Assembly (NCBI GenBank): GCA_023213395.1
Contig: CM041465.1
Span: 86,559,741-86,623,740, forward strand
DNA length: 64,000 nt
DNA from: Cycas panzhihuaensis
Taxonomy: Eukaryota; Plantae; Cycadophyta
Direction of reading: 5' to 3'
Part shown: in pieces, positions 1 to 14,058 of the stretch
Numbering within the stretch: position 1 is the first letter of the stretch
How the letters are laid out: the number at the start of each line of letters is the position of its first letter
Notes under the pieces: model-generated
The model's database searches: none
What the model saw: the letters and a program-made list of their open reading frames with translations, nothing else
What the model was told of the DNA's origin: nothing
Position numbers and translations under genes: made by a program

Positions 1-116
1 CCCTTACTTGTGTATTTAAAGGGTTAAATCACTTGTAATGTCGTTGAGTATTATATCTTGAAAGAGAAAGTACTTCAGTACTCATTTTGGTGATTTACTA
101 TCTGTGATTTACTATA

Positions 117-438
117 TATTAGAGGAACTTAGATTGCATTGTAAATTAAAGCAGGAGCAAATGAGAATGATGAGATTGCAATAAAAGGGATGAAATAATA
201 TTTTTTATTATATCACATATAACACATGCTCAAAGCTCCTCCAAAGTCTTCACTACAATTACCCTACAAACACATAGTTTGAATTTTTTCAAATAATATT
301 GATTCACCTCTCGATTTATAGAGAGAATCAAGGAGTTAAGAAAGTTACATAGAGTAACTAATCCTCTCAGTAGTTAATCGAATGTAAAGTGTATTATAAG
401 CATTACACTTTATTAATGAAATACATATTACTTTATCA
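117..438 (-). mobile_element. Diverged Copia LTR (solo or 5' LTR), same family as the LTR at 51922-52244
   Basis: Aligns by eye over its whole length to 51922-52244 (GATTGCATTG...AACACATGCTCAAAGCT...GAGAGAATCAAGGAGTT...ACACTTTATTAATGAAAT...CTTTRTCA); the termini are decayed. Confidence 0.75.
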
Positions 439-1020
439 ATCATGGCACTTATTTACTATTGTTATGTACTTGTAATGTATCTCATATCTTAATATCATAA
501 ATAAGTAAGACTAGTCCTTAACACAGGTTAACTTGGAGTTTAAGTTATGATAGCAAGAATCATATGTATGCACTTAACACTATGTTTAAAGGTGCATTAG
601 CATTAATAATCTACACACTGATTAATATTGCATTAACGGTAGGATTAATGATATTAGTGAAGGATTAATAGAGATAATTGTAAAGGGTTATGCCAATTTC
701 TCATACAAATAAGGCTCCCAATTTTGTACAAAGGGTAATCAATTACCAATATCAACACTTATATTCTTCATTAAAGAATAATTATTAATTTACTTGGGTT
801 TCTTCATACTTATTTAGTCCTCATTACACATGCTTATGAGTCAGTGGCTAACGGACGTCAAGTTTATTATGAGTGGTTCCAAGCATTTTTCAGCCTACAT
901 TAAATAAATCCATTGAAATTTTAGCTCATGCATTTTATTAAAAATATATAATATTGATGTAGTGGTTATTCTTGGGGTTATGTTAGATGTCTTAAGTTCT
1001 AAGGCGTATTCTTTTCCCCC

Positions 1021-1047
<27 letters not shown>
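1021..1047. repeat. (TTA)n microsatellite
   Basis: Read directly from the sequence. Confidence 0.9.
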
Positions 1048-1051
<4 letters not shown>

Positions 1052-2924
1052 ACTTTATTTAACGTTTCATTTTGATGGGGTCATGTATATTAAGTATAAA
1101 TGTATATTTTAAACTCTAATCAAGTTTATTTAATGGGAGGTTGGGTGGTCTCATTGATTCGATTTTCAATGAATCAAACAAACCCAACCCCCTTAATCAA
1201 TGTATAAATATTTTCCTTGTTCAATGAAATAATTTAGATTTTGAGAATAAATCACTAATATTCCCCTTCTTTATCATTCTCCTTTGCGTCATTATTCTCC
1301 CCCTTCATATTTAAGAGTTAAGCACCTATTACCTTACAAGAAATATTAGAGAATGAAGAAGTATTTTGAGAAAAAAATGTAAGGGAGAAGGGATCTTCAG
1401 TAACTAGAGCAATCCTAAGTACTCCATTAAACTTCATTTAATATAAAAAATAATGTGATATTCATTCTATGTATAATGATTAAATTTGTTGCTCTATAAA
1501 TGTTTCTTTTCATTTTTGGTAAGTACACATGCCACTTTGTCATGAATAGTTATTGAATTTCACTATTCATATTCCTACTTCATGCAGAGTAAACCATTAC
1601 CCTATAATATTTCATCACAAAATTCACAAATTGTTATGTGATGAATGTATAGTTGCAGGATTCATTTTTTATAATGAAAGAAATACATCTTAATAATCAT
1701 CCCATTGCCAAGTCGTCATTTGTCCATTTACCTTATTGACTAGCATGATATTATCTACCAGCCACTTGTTCATTAAATTTACTATTTGGATCCCTACTCA
1801 ATGACTTTATCTTGTTCTTAATCCTCGACTCCTTCTAGTCCATACATAGTAATGGCATTCTAAATTATTCTTGCTCAATGCTCTTGCCTTGTTTATCCTA
1901 GATTTGTGTCATTATTAGCCCCTAATTCGACCCTAATCAATGCCTGGTAAGGGTGGCTGTTTTGTTCCAATCTACATTTGTTATTTTTAGCTTGCATGGA
2001 GATTTGGATGGTTGGTCAAATTAATGAACACGTTTCAATGATGAATCCTTAGCACAATCGCCAATCAAATGGCACCCAATCACCTGTATTGATCATCCTT
2101 CTATTGGCAACTCATTTGATAACTTGAACATGTTTTTGTTTTTCCTGTCCATGTTTTAAAAGACTTGTGTTAGTTGCCATGCTCTAAAACTACCACTATG
2201 TTTTGGGTTGTAATGTCATTTGAATGTAAACTCTAGAAGTGTAGAGATTAAAAATCGTCAATTATAAGCACAAAAATACATCATTCCTAATTATATAAAC
2301 CACTATCAAAGTTCTTTATGCTAATTACATTGAATTGTAGATTTCAATTGAAACTTATTTCAAAAATATTATTTGGCAAGATGTGTAATTGACAAATATG
2401 CAATTTAATATATGCCTCCAAAATTTATTTCAAAATCGGAACTAGATGTAATAGCTCAACAAAGGTTCCACAAAGTTATGATTAAATAAGTAATATGCAA
2501 TACCTCTAACCCTTTTTCTTATTCTTTATGTTTAAAATTTATGAAACCTCTTATTGAAATTTGAATGCTAGGTTATAGATATTATGTTTATCATTATGAT
2601 TGTGGTTATAATTCATCTGTCAAAGATCAATACCCCTTTACTTTGTAATATTCCCATAATATAATTGTTTTAAGTATATTCTTTTAGAAATAAGGGTATG
2701 GTTTAGTAATAATAACTAGTATTGATGCATTATATGATTCTAATAATTATATGCTTAATATGTCTTATCATAGCCTATTGATATTTACACGTTGATGAAT
2801 TAAAGAATAAATAATGATCATTAGTAATTAACTAACGTATGAAATATGGTTGAAATGGATTGAATGATAACAACTGAATATAGGTAATGGACTATTAAGC
2901 ATGTTTGAGCTACAAACAATGTTT

Positions 2925-3060
<136 letters not shown>

Positions 3061-3782
3061 GCATGAAGAGATAGTGGAACAAAAATCCATCATAAATCAT
3101 ATACATAATAAAATCCTCCCCAAATCTATATTTATCTTTATTAATAGAGAATAGTCATAACTCTTTATCTTCTAATATAGGTTATATTAGTCTATTAAAG
3201 GTGGAGAAGCATATAGAGTATTCAATTACGTAGATGGTCAATGATAAAATGAGGGAAGTTGAATAAATCATAAAAGAATTGGAATTTGGTGTGGGTTTAT
3301 GCAAGGAGTCTACATCCTCCCTTTGGCATTGTTTGGAATGATTATGGGTCAATAATGGTTGATAAAACATTATGTTAAGATAAACAATGCCAAAAAAGAG
3401 ATGTAAGCTAAGCGAGTTATTTTTAAAGGCTTATTTTTGGAGGTCTAATAGCATGCTTGAATGTGGAGTAAATGAAATGAATGAAAGGGGAGAGGAAATA
3501 AAGAGGGGAGCAGTGGCAGTGGTGCCATGAAATGGACAATGTGTCGAGGAGCTAGAAGAAGAGGAATGGCAAAACTAGAAGGGGGAGCTCTCCTTTTGAT
3601 TTTGTAGGTACACTTAAGTCATTGGGTAGTCTGCATGGGTTCAATGATCTTTTATAAAAAGGGAATCAAGGAAAAGAGGTAGTACAAGACTGTATCAAGG
3701 GTCATCATTGAGCTAAAGAAACTGTGTAAGGTTATTACAATGGATAGAGGGCAAGAGGCCAAGGTTAAGGATATTTTTGGGA

Positions 3783-4288
3783 ATGGGTAATTTGTTTGGA
3801 TGCTTTACTTATGGTGAACACTTGGTCTCAATTGCAAGATATTGGGATTTGGTTAACACTCACATATTATTGGATTTCAATATTTGTTTGGCAAAGTATT
3901 CAACCTTTGGTGGGCTTAATTCGCCTCTTCATTTTACAATTGCTAAATGGCACAATGAGATTGTGTGCTTGTTGCTCGAGCATATAGCCAATGTGAATTC
4001 TAGGAATCATTGTGGCTAGATAACTTGCTATAAGCTTTGTTGATATGGATATTAGGAGGTCATGCAAACTCTTCTTCTGTTGAAAGCAAATGACACATGA
4101 CCAGATTACCTTAGTCGTAGGACAACCTTATATTTTATAGTAGTAAATGATCATACAAGATGCATCATACTTATGGTTGTAAACTTTGTACCTAGTGCCC
4201 CTTATTAATTGAGTCAACCTCCATCTTTTGATAATAAGAATTTTACAACAGAGGGATGTCACCTCGATGTAAAAAATAGAATATGACA
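3783..4288 (+). pseudogene. XBAT33: Intronless XBAT33-like (ankyrin-repeat RING E3 ligase) pseudogene, N-terminal ankyrin part only
   Basis: [53 protein letters not shown] matches the XBAT33 N-terminus ([38 protein letters not shown]). Similarity continues past stops and a frameshift as YG.*EVMQTLLL..AN.T..DYLS.RT.L.F..VN.H.RCI. Confidence 0.88.
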
Positions 4289-6685
4289 GGCCGCCTAGTT
4301 ACGATTTTTTTTCAATAGTACAGGGTCTAGCCCATGGAGAAAATGGCAATGAGACCAAGGTGTCCTGTCCCAATTTAAACAACAGGATGACTGTGTTCTA
4401 TTGTAAAAAACAGAATGGGATAGGGAAAACAATGGGCCAGAGAAAACAAGGCTAAAAAAGGGGCTAATCACCAAAACTTGATCAATAACAATGTAAAAAA
4501 ATGGGACAATAGTCTCAAAAAGGGGTTAAAAGTGCTCATGAAAGCGCTCAAGGGTGTCTCTGGATATGGGGGACCCAAGTGAACAAGCAATAAATGCCAT
4601 TAACCATGGTTAAGATTGTCACAAGCTAATAAAAATAGGTGCATGCATCATCACAGCACAAGCAAGATTAAGTAGCATATACAAATACATAATCATGAAA
4701 ATCAATAGTAAAGCTTTAAACAAAAGCAACAATGCATACCTGACTTACCTCTATGATCGATGACTATTGGAATCCCAGATGGTGGGAAACATTTGCCCCT
4801 TGGCAACATGACCTCCTTAGACATGTGTTGCAGGATGGTGAATGTTCTCAACAATGCTCATCAATATATGCATACATATTTCTTGGTGAAGGGAATGACA
4901 AATGCACGTGAAAGCGATTCAGAAGCCTAATCTCAATAACAAACTTGGGAACCATCCCATGAGAGATGATACTTTAAGATATGGGCCACCAATTGGTCGA
5001 CCTCAGTATTTTGTTCTTGTGGAACATGGTGAACTATAATAGATAAGAATTGACCCAAAAGGAATCTTGCCAAGTTAGCAAGGGAACATAATTAGGGATA
5101 ATGAGCTTGATAAACCTATGTGAGCTAATAAATGACTAGTTGCAAGACAAAAACCAAGACAATAGGACCAGAATGAACCCAAAGTGCATTAATTAGGGAT
5201 TCAATGATAGTAGTATACTTAGTTATGTTATTAGTAGCCATTGAAATATATATTCTGACACTAATAAAAACACAACTCGCTTAGTCACGAATATTCCAAG
5301 CGACGGCAGATGGGTCGGGGTTACCACGACTTCCTCCATATGTGTAGAGTAATAATGACATGGAGAAAATAACGACCAAGTTAGTTGCAACCATTTAATA
5401 AAATTTCAATAAACAAACCTGCAAACCCTCGTTGCACATACACACTACTGATATCTTTCTTAAAAAAATATAGGTTCTTAAGAGATTAGCAAGTTCTGCA
5501 TCTTATAGACCCAACACGTTAGTGTTCTCTCATGAGCAAACCATATACTACACCAACTTATACCACAAAACCCTCATCTTGAATCATGATCACTTCATCA
5601 CATGACAGAGAGAATAATAGCCTATCTAACACATCACTGGCTTTAACACGGCAATCAAGCCTACTTCAAAAGCCCCATTCTCAATCTCACATACAACACT
5701 TACATGTATATTGGCAAGATATGTATATAACAGTCTAAAAACAAATAAAATAGCATCGAACCTTTGTGGAATTTAACATAACTGCAACAACTATGCTTTT
5801 GGTTAGATTTCAATGTTTGTGCCCCAACATACTCAAGGTACCCTGCAAAACCATGGTTTGAAAGCATCACAACCTACAACAAATCTTCACCTGGAAAATA
5901 AACTACCCTTTTCATTAGTCACAAACAAGCATATGTAAATAAGTTCTAAATCAAAACATTGAGACTTGGACACACTCATTGTCTTACAACCTAATTGGGG
6001 TCAAACCAGGTTCTGATAAACCTAACTCTAATACAACTTATTAGAAATATATAATAGGTCCAAGGCTATATAACATCACTGCTATAAAATATAAAGAAAT
6101 ATACATTCCTAAGATCAAGACTATGGATTATTGAGCTATATAAGTGAATAAATAAAGAACAAATATGGACAAACACATAACACAATGTGCTTGTAGGAAA
6201 TAATCGCTTCCAAATTATATTATGATAAACTAATACATATTTATAATACATATCACTCAATGGCTATCTAATCCCATATCAGGAACCACTTGGTTAACCA
6301 ATGACCTACAACATTAAGAAGTGCATGCACTATGACCCCTTAGTACACATCAAATGGATAATTACAATAATTTAATAATTATGGGTTTGACATTACCCAA
6401 CAAAATTAAGTAAATTCCAAATTGTAGTTTAGTTTTGAGTATGTTTTTAAGTGATTTGATATCTGACTAATGTTATGGTGACTTGTAGGTAATATTGGCT
6501 GTGACTAACATGGAGTATATCGAACCAACCATGTTTGGTATGATCATAAGGATAGGGGCCATGATGTAGTAGACTTTGAGGCATTACAAATTATATTAGT
6601 TGGTCAACTCATAACAGTATTGTTATACCAATGATTGTTGGTGGATATTGTGTCCCATTAGGACCAAACAAGGCAAGTATTTCAC

Positions 6686-7090
6686 TTGCCTCAAATAGGT
6701 GATAGAGATATTCGACGAATATTAGGAGTATCGTATACAGGGGCAATGTCAAAACTAGGAGCCTTACCCAACAATGACGAGGTGCATAGAATAATAGATA
6801 TATATTTCTATGACGACAAAGAGTGGGATCAACGAGGGATTAACCTTCCTACGCACTTAACATCGACAAGTGTGGAAGCTCATAGTATGTGCAATCTTAT
6901 TTTGAGTAATGATGTGACACATTTACTCAATGTTCCCCAAAGGTTGGTTTGGTTGCGTGTCACGATGTAAGGCTAGGAAAGGTTTAACTAAGGCAACTTG
7001 ATCCACTATAATTTGACATGCCATCTAGATAAGATTAGGGAGGCTAGCTTAAGGGGACTCCCATACTACTCTCTTCTACAGCACTGATTT
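6686..7090 (+). pseudogene. Decayed transposon-associated ORF resembling Gypsy antisense 'putative plant transposon protein' (Transposase_32-like)
   Basis: IRRILGVSYTG...EW...HSMCNLILSNDVTHL..QRLVWL, then through stops FN*GNLIHYNL...RGLPYYSLL. This resembles the family pattern NLLP....V....LL...I.VG.II...GLP(F/Y)..L. Confidence 0.5.
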
Positions 7091-9511
7091 TTTAGTTACT
7101 GCATAAGAGGGCACCCCCTAGAGGGCCACAACCTATAGCAATTGATGACCCACTGATCCATAGGTGGCTTACTAGGTTTAGGGGCATGGGACCAGTCGTT
7201 GTAATAAGGCGGGGTATTTATGCTAGCTCGTTAGACTATCTCATAGTACAAAGGTTTATACGGGACTCTTACATGAGGGTCTACTAGGACTTAGACAAAG
7301 AGGAGCTGGCAGATGTTGAATGTAGGGGCATAGTAATGCCCCCATAATAGATCGAGGCAACAAAGGAGGTTCCAACAGTTGTAGAGGGATTTGAACCAGA
7401 GCAAGGGCTAAAGAAGTGTTTAATTAGAGACATGGAAGGAGAGAAACAAGCAATAGTAGGAGGTGTTGATGACACCAACGGTATACTTTCAACCTACACC
7501 CTTCCTTTCATATACTTAACATAGTTTAGCTTTATATTTATATTTATATTTATGTTGGTTTCACATGATATTCAGAGTGATCATTTTCTTTATATTATGG
7601 TGCAGAGTTGGAGTGCTTCACATGTGTCTTCGTGAAGACAGTGTTGGACTTATTGTTATCTCAGGTGTACAAGTAAGGCCAACTTTTCATGGAGGGCACA
7701 GGACTGTCGACATTAGCCTGCCCACACCTAGGAGTATTTGCACCCCTAATGAGGGCCCTCGAGATATGGGGGGTAAATAGGATGACCATTTCCCAACTTC
7801 AAGGCCAAGTAACCCTAATGGCAGAGGCGATATAGACGATACCCGAGGTAAAGGTACAAATAGTTACACTGCAAACCTGAGTAGAGAATATGACAAACAA
7901 CATAGACTAGTTGATCAAGGAGAGGGATTGACTGCTTATGTCTTAACAGTGAATGGTTGAGATTATAGCAACTAGATCATTGTGTACTCATACACCATCG
8001 CAGAGGATGACTGAGAGACAATAGAGACGAGACGAGGCAAGCCAAGTAATCCAGTTGAGATGCTCTAGCATGGAGGGTAGAGGGTCCCCCGAGGAAGGGG
8101 AATCCTAGAGAGGATGAGAGGGGGATCCATGATCTAGGTATTTTGTACTATTTTGGGGGAGGTAAGCATGTTCCATAAGGGTGAGATGAGAGAATGATGG
8201 TTGATTAAGCATTATATTATCTCCTCACATAACCACGAGCTCCCTTAACATATGGTCTCACCATTTTTGCTAATGTATATGTATTGATAGGATGTTGACT
8301 TGAGCTCCCCATTAGTTTGACATGTGTTTTATATTATGGTTATGGAAATGTAATATGTTTTTAAGTTTACAGTAGATATGTAGATATATGGATATACATA
8401 TATCTGTACCACATGGATAGCTAGTAGTGTAACAGACCATTGATCATCATGCATTTTGTTTTATCACATATCAGAGATGATTTTATTTATAAAGTTGTAC
8501 TAAGTTTACATTTGTAATGGGATATATCTCTTTATTTATTTTGTTTTTCATAGGTGCATATATGCACATTTTATATGAGAGCCATGAGGAGTACCCTACA
8601 AAACCAACAAAAAAAAAGTACCAATAGTATCGCACACTACATTAACGTGGAGTGTAATTCCCCCAAGGGGCATGCCCGAAAGGGAAGGAGGCCATGTAGA
8701 TCTGTGGCTACTTACATCTCCTAATATATAAATTTTTATAGATTATTATTCTATTTATGTCTTTTTATTTGGGGTGATGTGCCTTGGCATCAAATGTAGT
8801 ATTTGTTAAGGAAATGGCCATTTTGAGGGCATGCTACTTGGGTTGGTTGCCATGTAGGCCAATGCACCCTCCCACATCAGGATGTGCATTAAAAGTTATT
8901 AGGATGTTATCATGTGTCGAAATTGTGCAAGTGACAATGGTCGTGATGGTAGTGCCACCACCCACTAATAAAGTAAGAAGTGTTATGGTTAGGGACTTAT
9001 CAATGTTAAGAAATTGGACAAGGCCCCAATTGTTTTATAAATAATTCTGCTCCAAGGCCGACTTGTCACCAACTTGGGGGAGAGAAAGGAGTAAATAAAG
9101 GTTGGCATCATGGGCCAAATCTATGAGTTGTTGGGATTCTTCAGGATAGTCATCCCAGTGTGGGAGCCCAATGGATTAAAAAAGATCTGTCGATGGTGAA
9201 TGATGAGTATTGAAAATCTCCTATAAAGAGTCAAAGGGAGGATCTTCCAAAATAAGCTCCATCACCTGCAATAGAATCAATATTAGGGCTAAGTATGAGA
9301 GGGTCAAGGCAAGGAGTCTTGTGCAAGGGTGGGGGGAGTGGTATCCCCAACATGATTGAATATATTTATGGTTTGCACAAGGGCATCCCCATCACCAAAC
9401 TCATGATCATTAAGGATACCCACATATCTGTAGTGCCCCCCACCTATATACAAAGTGATTCATGTTTAACTTGAGAAGGATCAGGCCATGGTCAAACTTA
9501 GGTCTTTCATC

Positions 9512-11360
9512 TTAGAATGAAGAACCTAATTCTTCCTTGTTCTTCCCATTATTAAAACAGGCTTGTATGGATTGTTGGAGGTCAGATTGGCTCCACTCAT
9601 GGTGTTGTATGGTATGAATCTTTCCATTATAAACAAATTTGAGTTGTCCCCAAAGATTGGAACAAATAGCCTCCATTTGGTTAAACCATAGCATCCTTAG
9701 AAGGAGGTTCTAGTCCATGTCAATATCCAAGATAATAATCTCAATGGGGATAATTTTATCCTCAAGGGTAAGGGCAATGATGACCATCCCTAAGGGGGCC
9801 TTGGAGAAGCCATCATATCCTCAACAACAAGCTCAAGGGCATCAATGCCCAACTCTTTGAGCATACGAGCAAGCATGGCATTAATGGATGATATGTTATC
9901 AACAACCATCCTTTGTAGGACACAATTAGGGGTTTCAATGCTAATAAAGAGAGTGAAGAGGAGTTGGCGCTTTGTCTTCTTTGAGGAAGGGGATTCCTCT
10001 GGGTCAATTCACAAAAGAGGTTTAGTTGATTGCTTAACAAAAATAGAACTAACCTTACAAGGTCCTAATGCATTCAAGAGTAACTGTCATTGATCAGGGC
10101 AACTTTATAAAATGTCCATCATGGACATGCTAGTAGAGATGCACTAAAGCTCCTCGATGATGGACAAAGGCTTCCTTTATAAGTAGATTGGGGGAGCACC
10201 CTCCTCATGCTGTAATGGCCAAGACAAACAAGGATAACCTTGGGGAGCATAGGGATCTCAATAGATTGAGGGTTAAGAGAGGAAGTGTTAGCTTCCCAAG
10301 CTGCTTGAACTCAGGTAACAGTGGGTGGGCAATAATACGCTTACCCTTTGCATTATAATGTTCAACAACTTCTCCCAATTTAGTGGATTAGGCCTTTGCC
10401 AAAGGCTAATATTGTTGTTATTACATAACACTTAGTTGAGAAGTGGCAATTTGGGTCTATGGGGATTTGCCCTTAACCTTTGATGCCCAAGACTTAGAAC
10501 CACCATGATGTTGAGGGAAGGAATCCTTATAGATTTGTTGATCGAGGTTGGGCCTCAATGTTGGAGGTGTAGAAGGCTCTCGAAGAGGTTGGAACTCTGG
10601 GTGTTAAGTCCAATGATGATCGTCATCATGGGCATAACTCTAATGGACCCAACTCCGCTTCTTCACAACAAGGGGAACATCTCCCTTGTTACCCTTAAGC
10701 TGAGAAGGTTGTTGGGTAGTTTGATGAATAGGTCAATGGTTTTGTTGACATTGAGGTTACAAATTCCACCTTTCAGTGGCTTAAGTTGTAGCTTAAGGTC
10801 CAATATTATTTTTTCGAATGAGTGAACGATAAAAGTGAGGGAATTTATAATCTTATGGATAGTACCAACATGGAGTTTAGTCCTTTAGGTTGTGTAGAAG
10901 CTTCATGTCTCCAGGTTAGTTTGGTGAACTTCTTGATTATCATCTGGATATTAATAAACTCAAAGGCAAGGTATTTGCCTACTGCACTCTCATATGTAGT
11001 GGCACCCATTTTGATCACTTCCACGTGCACCTTAGGATGTAGGACATTAATAAAAATATCTCAGTTCAACTCTTTAGGCAATGTGGCCTTAGAAGAATAA
11101 AGGAGGTCATGGAAGTGCCTAACAAGATCCTTGCTAAGCTCGTTAGGACCTTGTTTAAGGGAGAGGAGGGTCTTAGCCCCACTCTCGAAAGGTCTAGTAA
11201 GGCCAAAATAGCTGACAAAAGTGTCAACTAGTTATTGGAAGGTGTGAATAGAATTGAGCCATTATAGGTTTCTAAGGATAACGACATCGACATATTGTTC
11301 CATAACCGTTCAAGGAGTTGAGGTCCAACCATATTTAAAGTGGTTGTTGTGTCGCAAAAT
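9512..11360 (-). mobile_element. Old, degenerate Tat/Ogre-type Gypsy gag + aspartic protease relic, related to the element at 57600-64000
   Basis: HVEVIKMGATTYESAV.K.LA.E matches HVEVLKMGATTCDSAISRCLALE (63364-63999). W.NQMEAICSNLWGQLKFV matches WLDQMGAVCSTQWGQLKFV. A decayed VVDNISSIN protease motif lies at ~9880-9910. No RT motifs follow. Confidence 0.8.
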
Positions 11361-11857
11361 GCAACCGCCTTCTGCCATGAATTATTTACAAAGATCTATA
11401 CTGGAATGTAAAAACAAGTGTTGATTTTGACCATCTTTTTTAGTATCTGTAACTCTTCTCCTAATAGTGGTTCATCAACACTCTTTGATGATAGGATTTG
11501 ATGACAACTTTATATGAGGTCTTTGTTTTCGACATAGTAACAATAGTGATAGTACTAATGAGTCAAGACTAATTATTGCGACATTTAGAATGGACCATTT
11601 CAAACTTGTTCATTTCAATGGTTTCACTAGTGTCACTTGTGACAAATTCTTTGGAACAAATGGTACATCTGTCGATTTCAATTGCTTCTTCGACCTCATT
11701 AGAAAAAAATAACACAAAATATCTTATGCTCATGAAGGGAGGGAGCATCCAATAGCTCATCATTAAACTATTATGTCTTCAATAAGAATGTATAAATGTA
11801 TAACTCACCATCACAATTGTCAATTCTATCAATTAATTGGCAATCTTAAGTGGCTTT

Positions 11858-11990
11858 CTTTTGTTTTTTTTTTAAGGTAAATATATATCGTTAAATAAAA
11901 AAACCAATTGCAATACAATATGGGTGATGTGCCCATTAGGTCAATGGGTACAATAACTTATTTCCAACAAGTGGTGCCTTTCTTCAACCA
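11858..11990 (-). mobile_element. Short 5'-truncated LINE 3' tail
   Basis: Poly-T followed by AGGTAAA...TTAAAT..AAAACCAA.TGCAATACAA...GCCCATT, similar to the LINE 3' end at 14908-15020. Confidence 0.5.
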
Positions 11991-12019
11991 CACCTTTGGC
12001 CGCATATTTGATTAGCTCT

Positions 12020-13300
12020 TGAGTGGTTGTCTTAATAGTCAAAAACATTTTAACTTTGTTTAATGCCTTACTAGGGCAATTTCTAGCATAATGCCCTTTT
12101 TGGAAAACAAATAAAACATCATCTTTTGGGACTAACCTAGAATCAGATATATGTTTTTTGAGACAGTGATACCTTGGAAAAGGTCTTCTTGGATTGGACA
12201 CTCTTCGAAGTCAACTTTTTGTAATGTTTCTTGGGACAACTCTCGACAAAACAAGGAAAAATATTCCTTGTGGCATTTTGACTAGGAAGTGTAGTAGTTT
12301 GTTGTGCTTTTTCAACCAATAAAGCTAATTAATTTTCTACCTACACTTATTGATAATGTTAACAAAAAAATCATCAATATTTATATTGACTTTCCATATC
12401 TTATAGTATTAGATTTCACAAATTATTTGGAAGACTCATTGGAAATCTAATTTTGCCATGAGGACCATGATGTAATGATGACTTTTAAATTTCCATTTAA
12501 ATAATCATTAACATAAGGCTCAAATTGATTCAAATCCTGCCATGCAATTATATAACATCTTTTTTAACATTAACTAAGGAAGATATGACTGGTTGGTAAT
12601 CAATAGTACTACTACTTAAGGACCAAAGTTCACCACTTAACGTTTTTTGCTATACTTCTAGTAGTCCACTACTAATAAACAAAACCAATCATTTATCTTT
12701 TGACATATATACAAATATGTGATCATTTGTGAGATTAACATCTTAGTGAAGAATTTAGAGACTTCCAAACCAAGCCCAAAGAGAATCGACAAGATTTTAT
12801 GAACCATCTAAATTTAGCCAAGAATAATTCAAAGCCAAGCTTATGATAAGTTTTGTTATATTGGATTTGTTCTTTTAAATCAACCTTATTTATGTTATTT
12901 TTTGTAGCAAATTTAGAAAAGACTTTCAAGGTTCTTCAACATCTGAGAGTAGAGCTAGATCAAGTTGTGTTGAAGTCGAAAAAATGGTTTTTAATCTAAA
13001 ACTCATTATAGAAGTTGAAAGAAGGTTTTCCTTGCTCTTTCTTTACTCTTGTTTCTTTTGAAGAAGTAAAGTTAAATTAGCTTTAATAGCAACTAATTGA
13101 GTTTCTAGTTGATCTTAATTTATTTTAGCATGGCTCTTCCAATTAGATAAATAATTTAGTTGTCTTTGAGCTAGGGTTATTGATCTAGCTCCATTGTTAT
13201 CTTTTCAATAAGAAAAGTATGATCAATGCCATTTTAATCAATCCCTCTCTCTTATGAGGCCATTTACCACCATACAAATATTGTTTCCCATTGAAAATTC
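12020..13300 (-). mobile_element. Probable endogenous caulimovirid capsid-protein fragment (alternatively a retroelement gag)
   Basis: Frameshifted CFIC.QKGHYARNCPSK zinc knuckle preceded by a basic R/K-rich stretch. Upstream remnants, in order: LAK..GS.KS..FSLG, CY...DLNQFEPYVNDY, F.MSLPNNL. Confidence 0.45.
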
Positions 13301-14058
13301 AATCTTCTTTTATTTCTTCTTGAAAGATACTCAAATATTTTCAACATATGGCTTATGTGTTTTAGAAAAAACGTGTGTTCATAATCACCAAACTAAAAAG
13401 TAACTAGAGGGGATTGGTGTAGAACTTGATGTTGCCTCTTTTACAACTTGCAAAGCGTCCCCTAGTTGTTGCACTTACTAGAATCTTCAACTTAGATTTT
13501 CTACAAATGAATAATGACATTTTTAATTTTTTCAAAGGACTTAAAAGCTTTAATTTTTGCCACAAAAAATAATTCTAATAAACATATTTGAACGCCTTCC
13601 CTCATTTTTAAATGTCTTTTAGCTTCTTTTACTTGAAAGCGAGATCACAAAATTAAAAGAGAATCTACATACAATGCTTTTCTTGAGAGCAAATAGATTC
13701 CACTAAAACAAGCTATCTTCTTTGGTAAGAATCTATATTTCTTTAATACTAATAGAATGTATGTGCAACAATCAATTATATTGCTACATAGTAAAACTCA
13801 ACATGCAACCTCCCCTCCTAAAAAACAAAGGAGCAACTCTAATACTGAAGTGCCCACATTTCTGCTACTAGTGCCCAAGCAAGCCTCTTAATCAACATGT
13901 CAACTGAACATTGATCACAAACATTTTTTTGCTCATTATAGCCCATGGGCTAAAAGGGACACAATCCCCTTTGCCAAGTAATTCTTAATGGTATTCTTGC
14001 AAATGCTTCTACATTATATCATTGGTTACACCCCTTATATATATATATATATATATAT

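Noticed and set aside
4289-6402. LTR(s) of the old gag-protease element
   Set aside because: The composition is LTR-like and there is one plausible ...CCCAACA end, but I could not find matching termini or a TSD.
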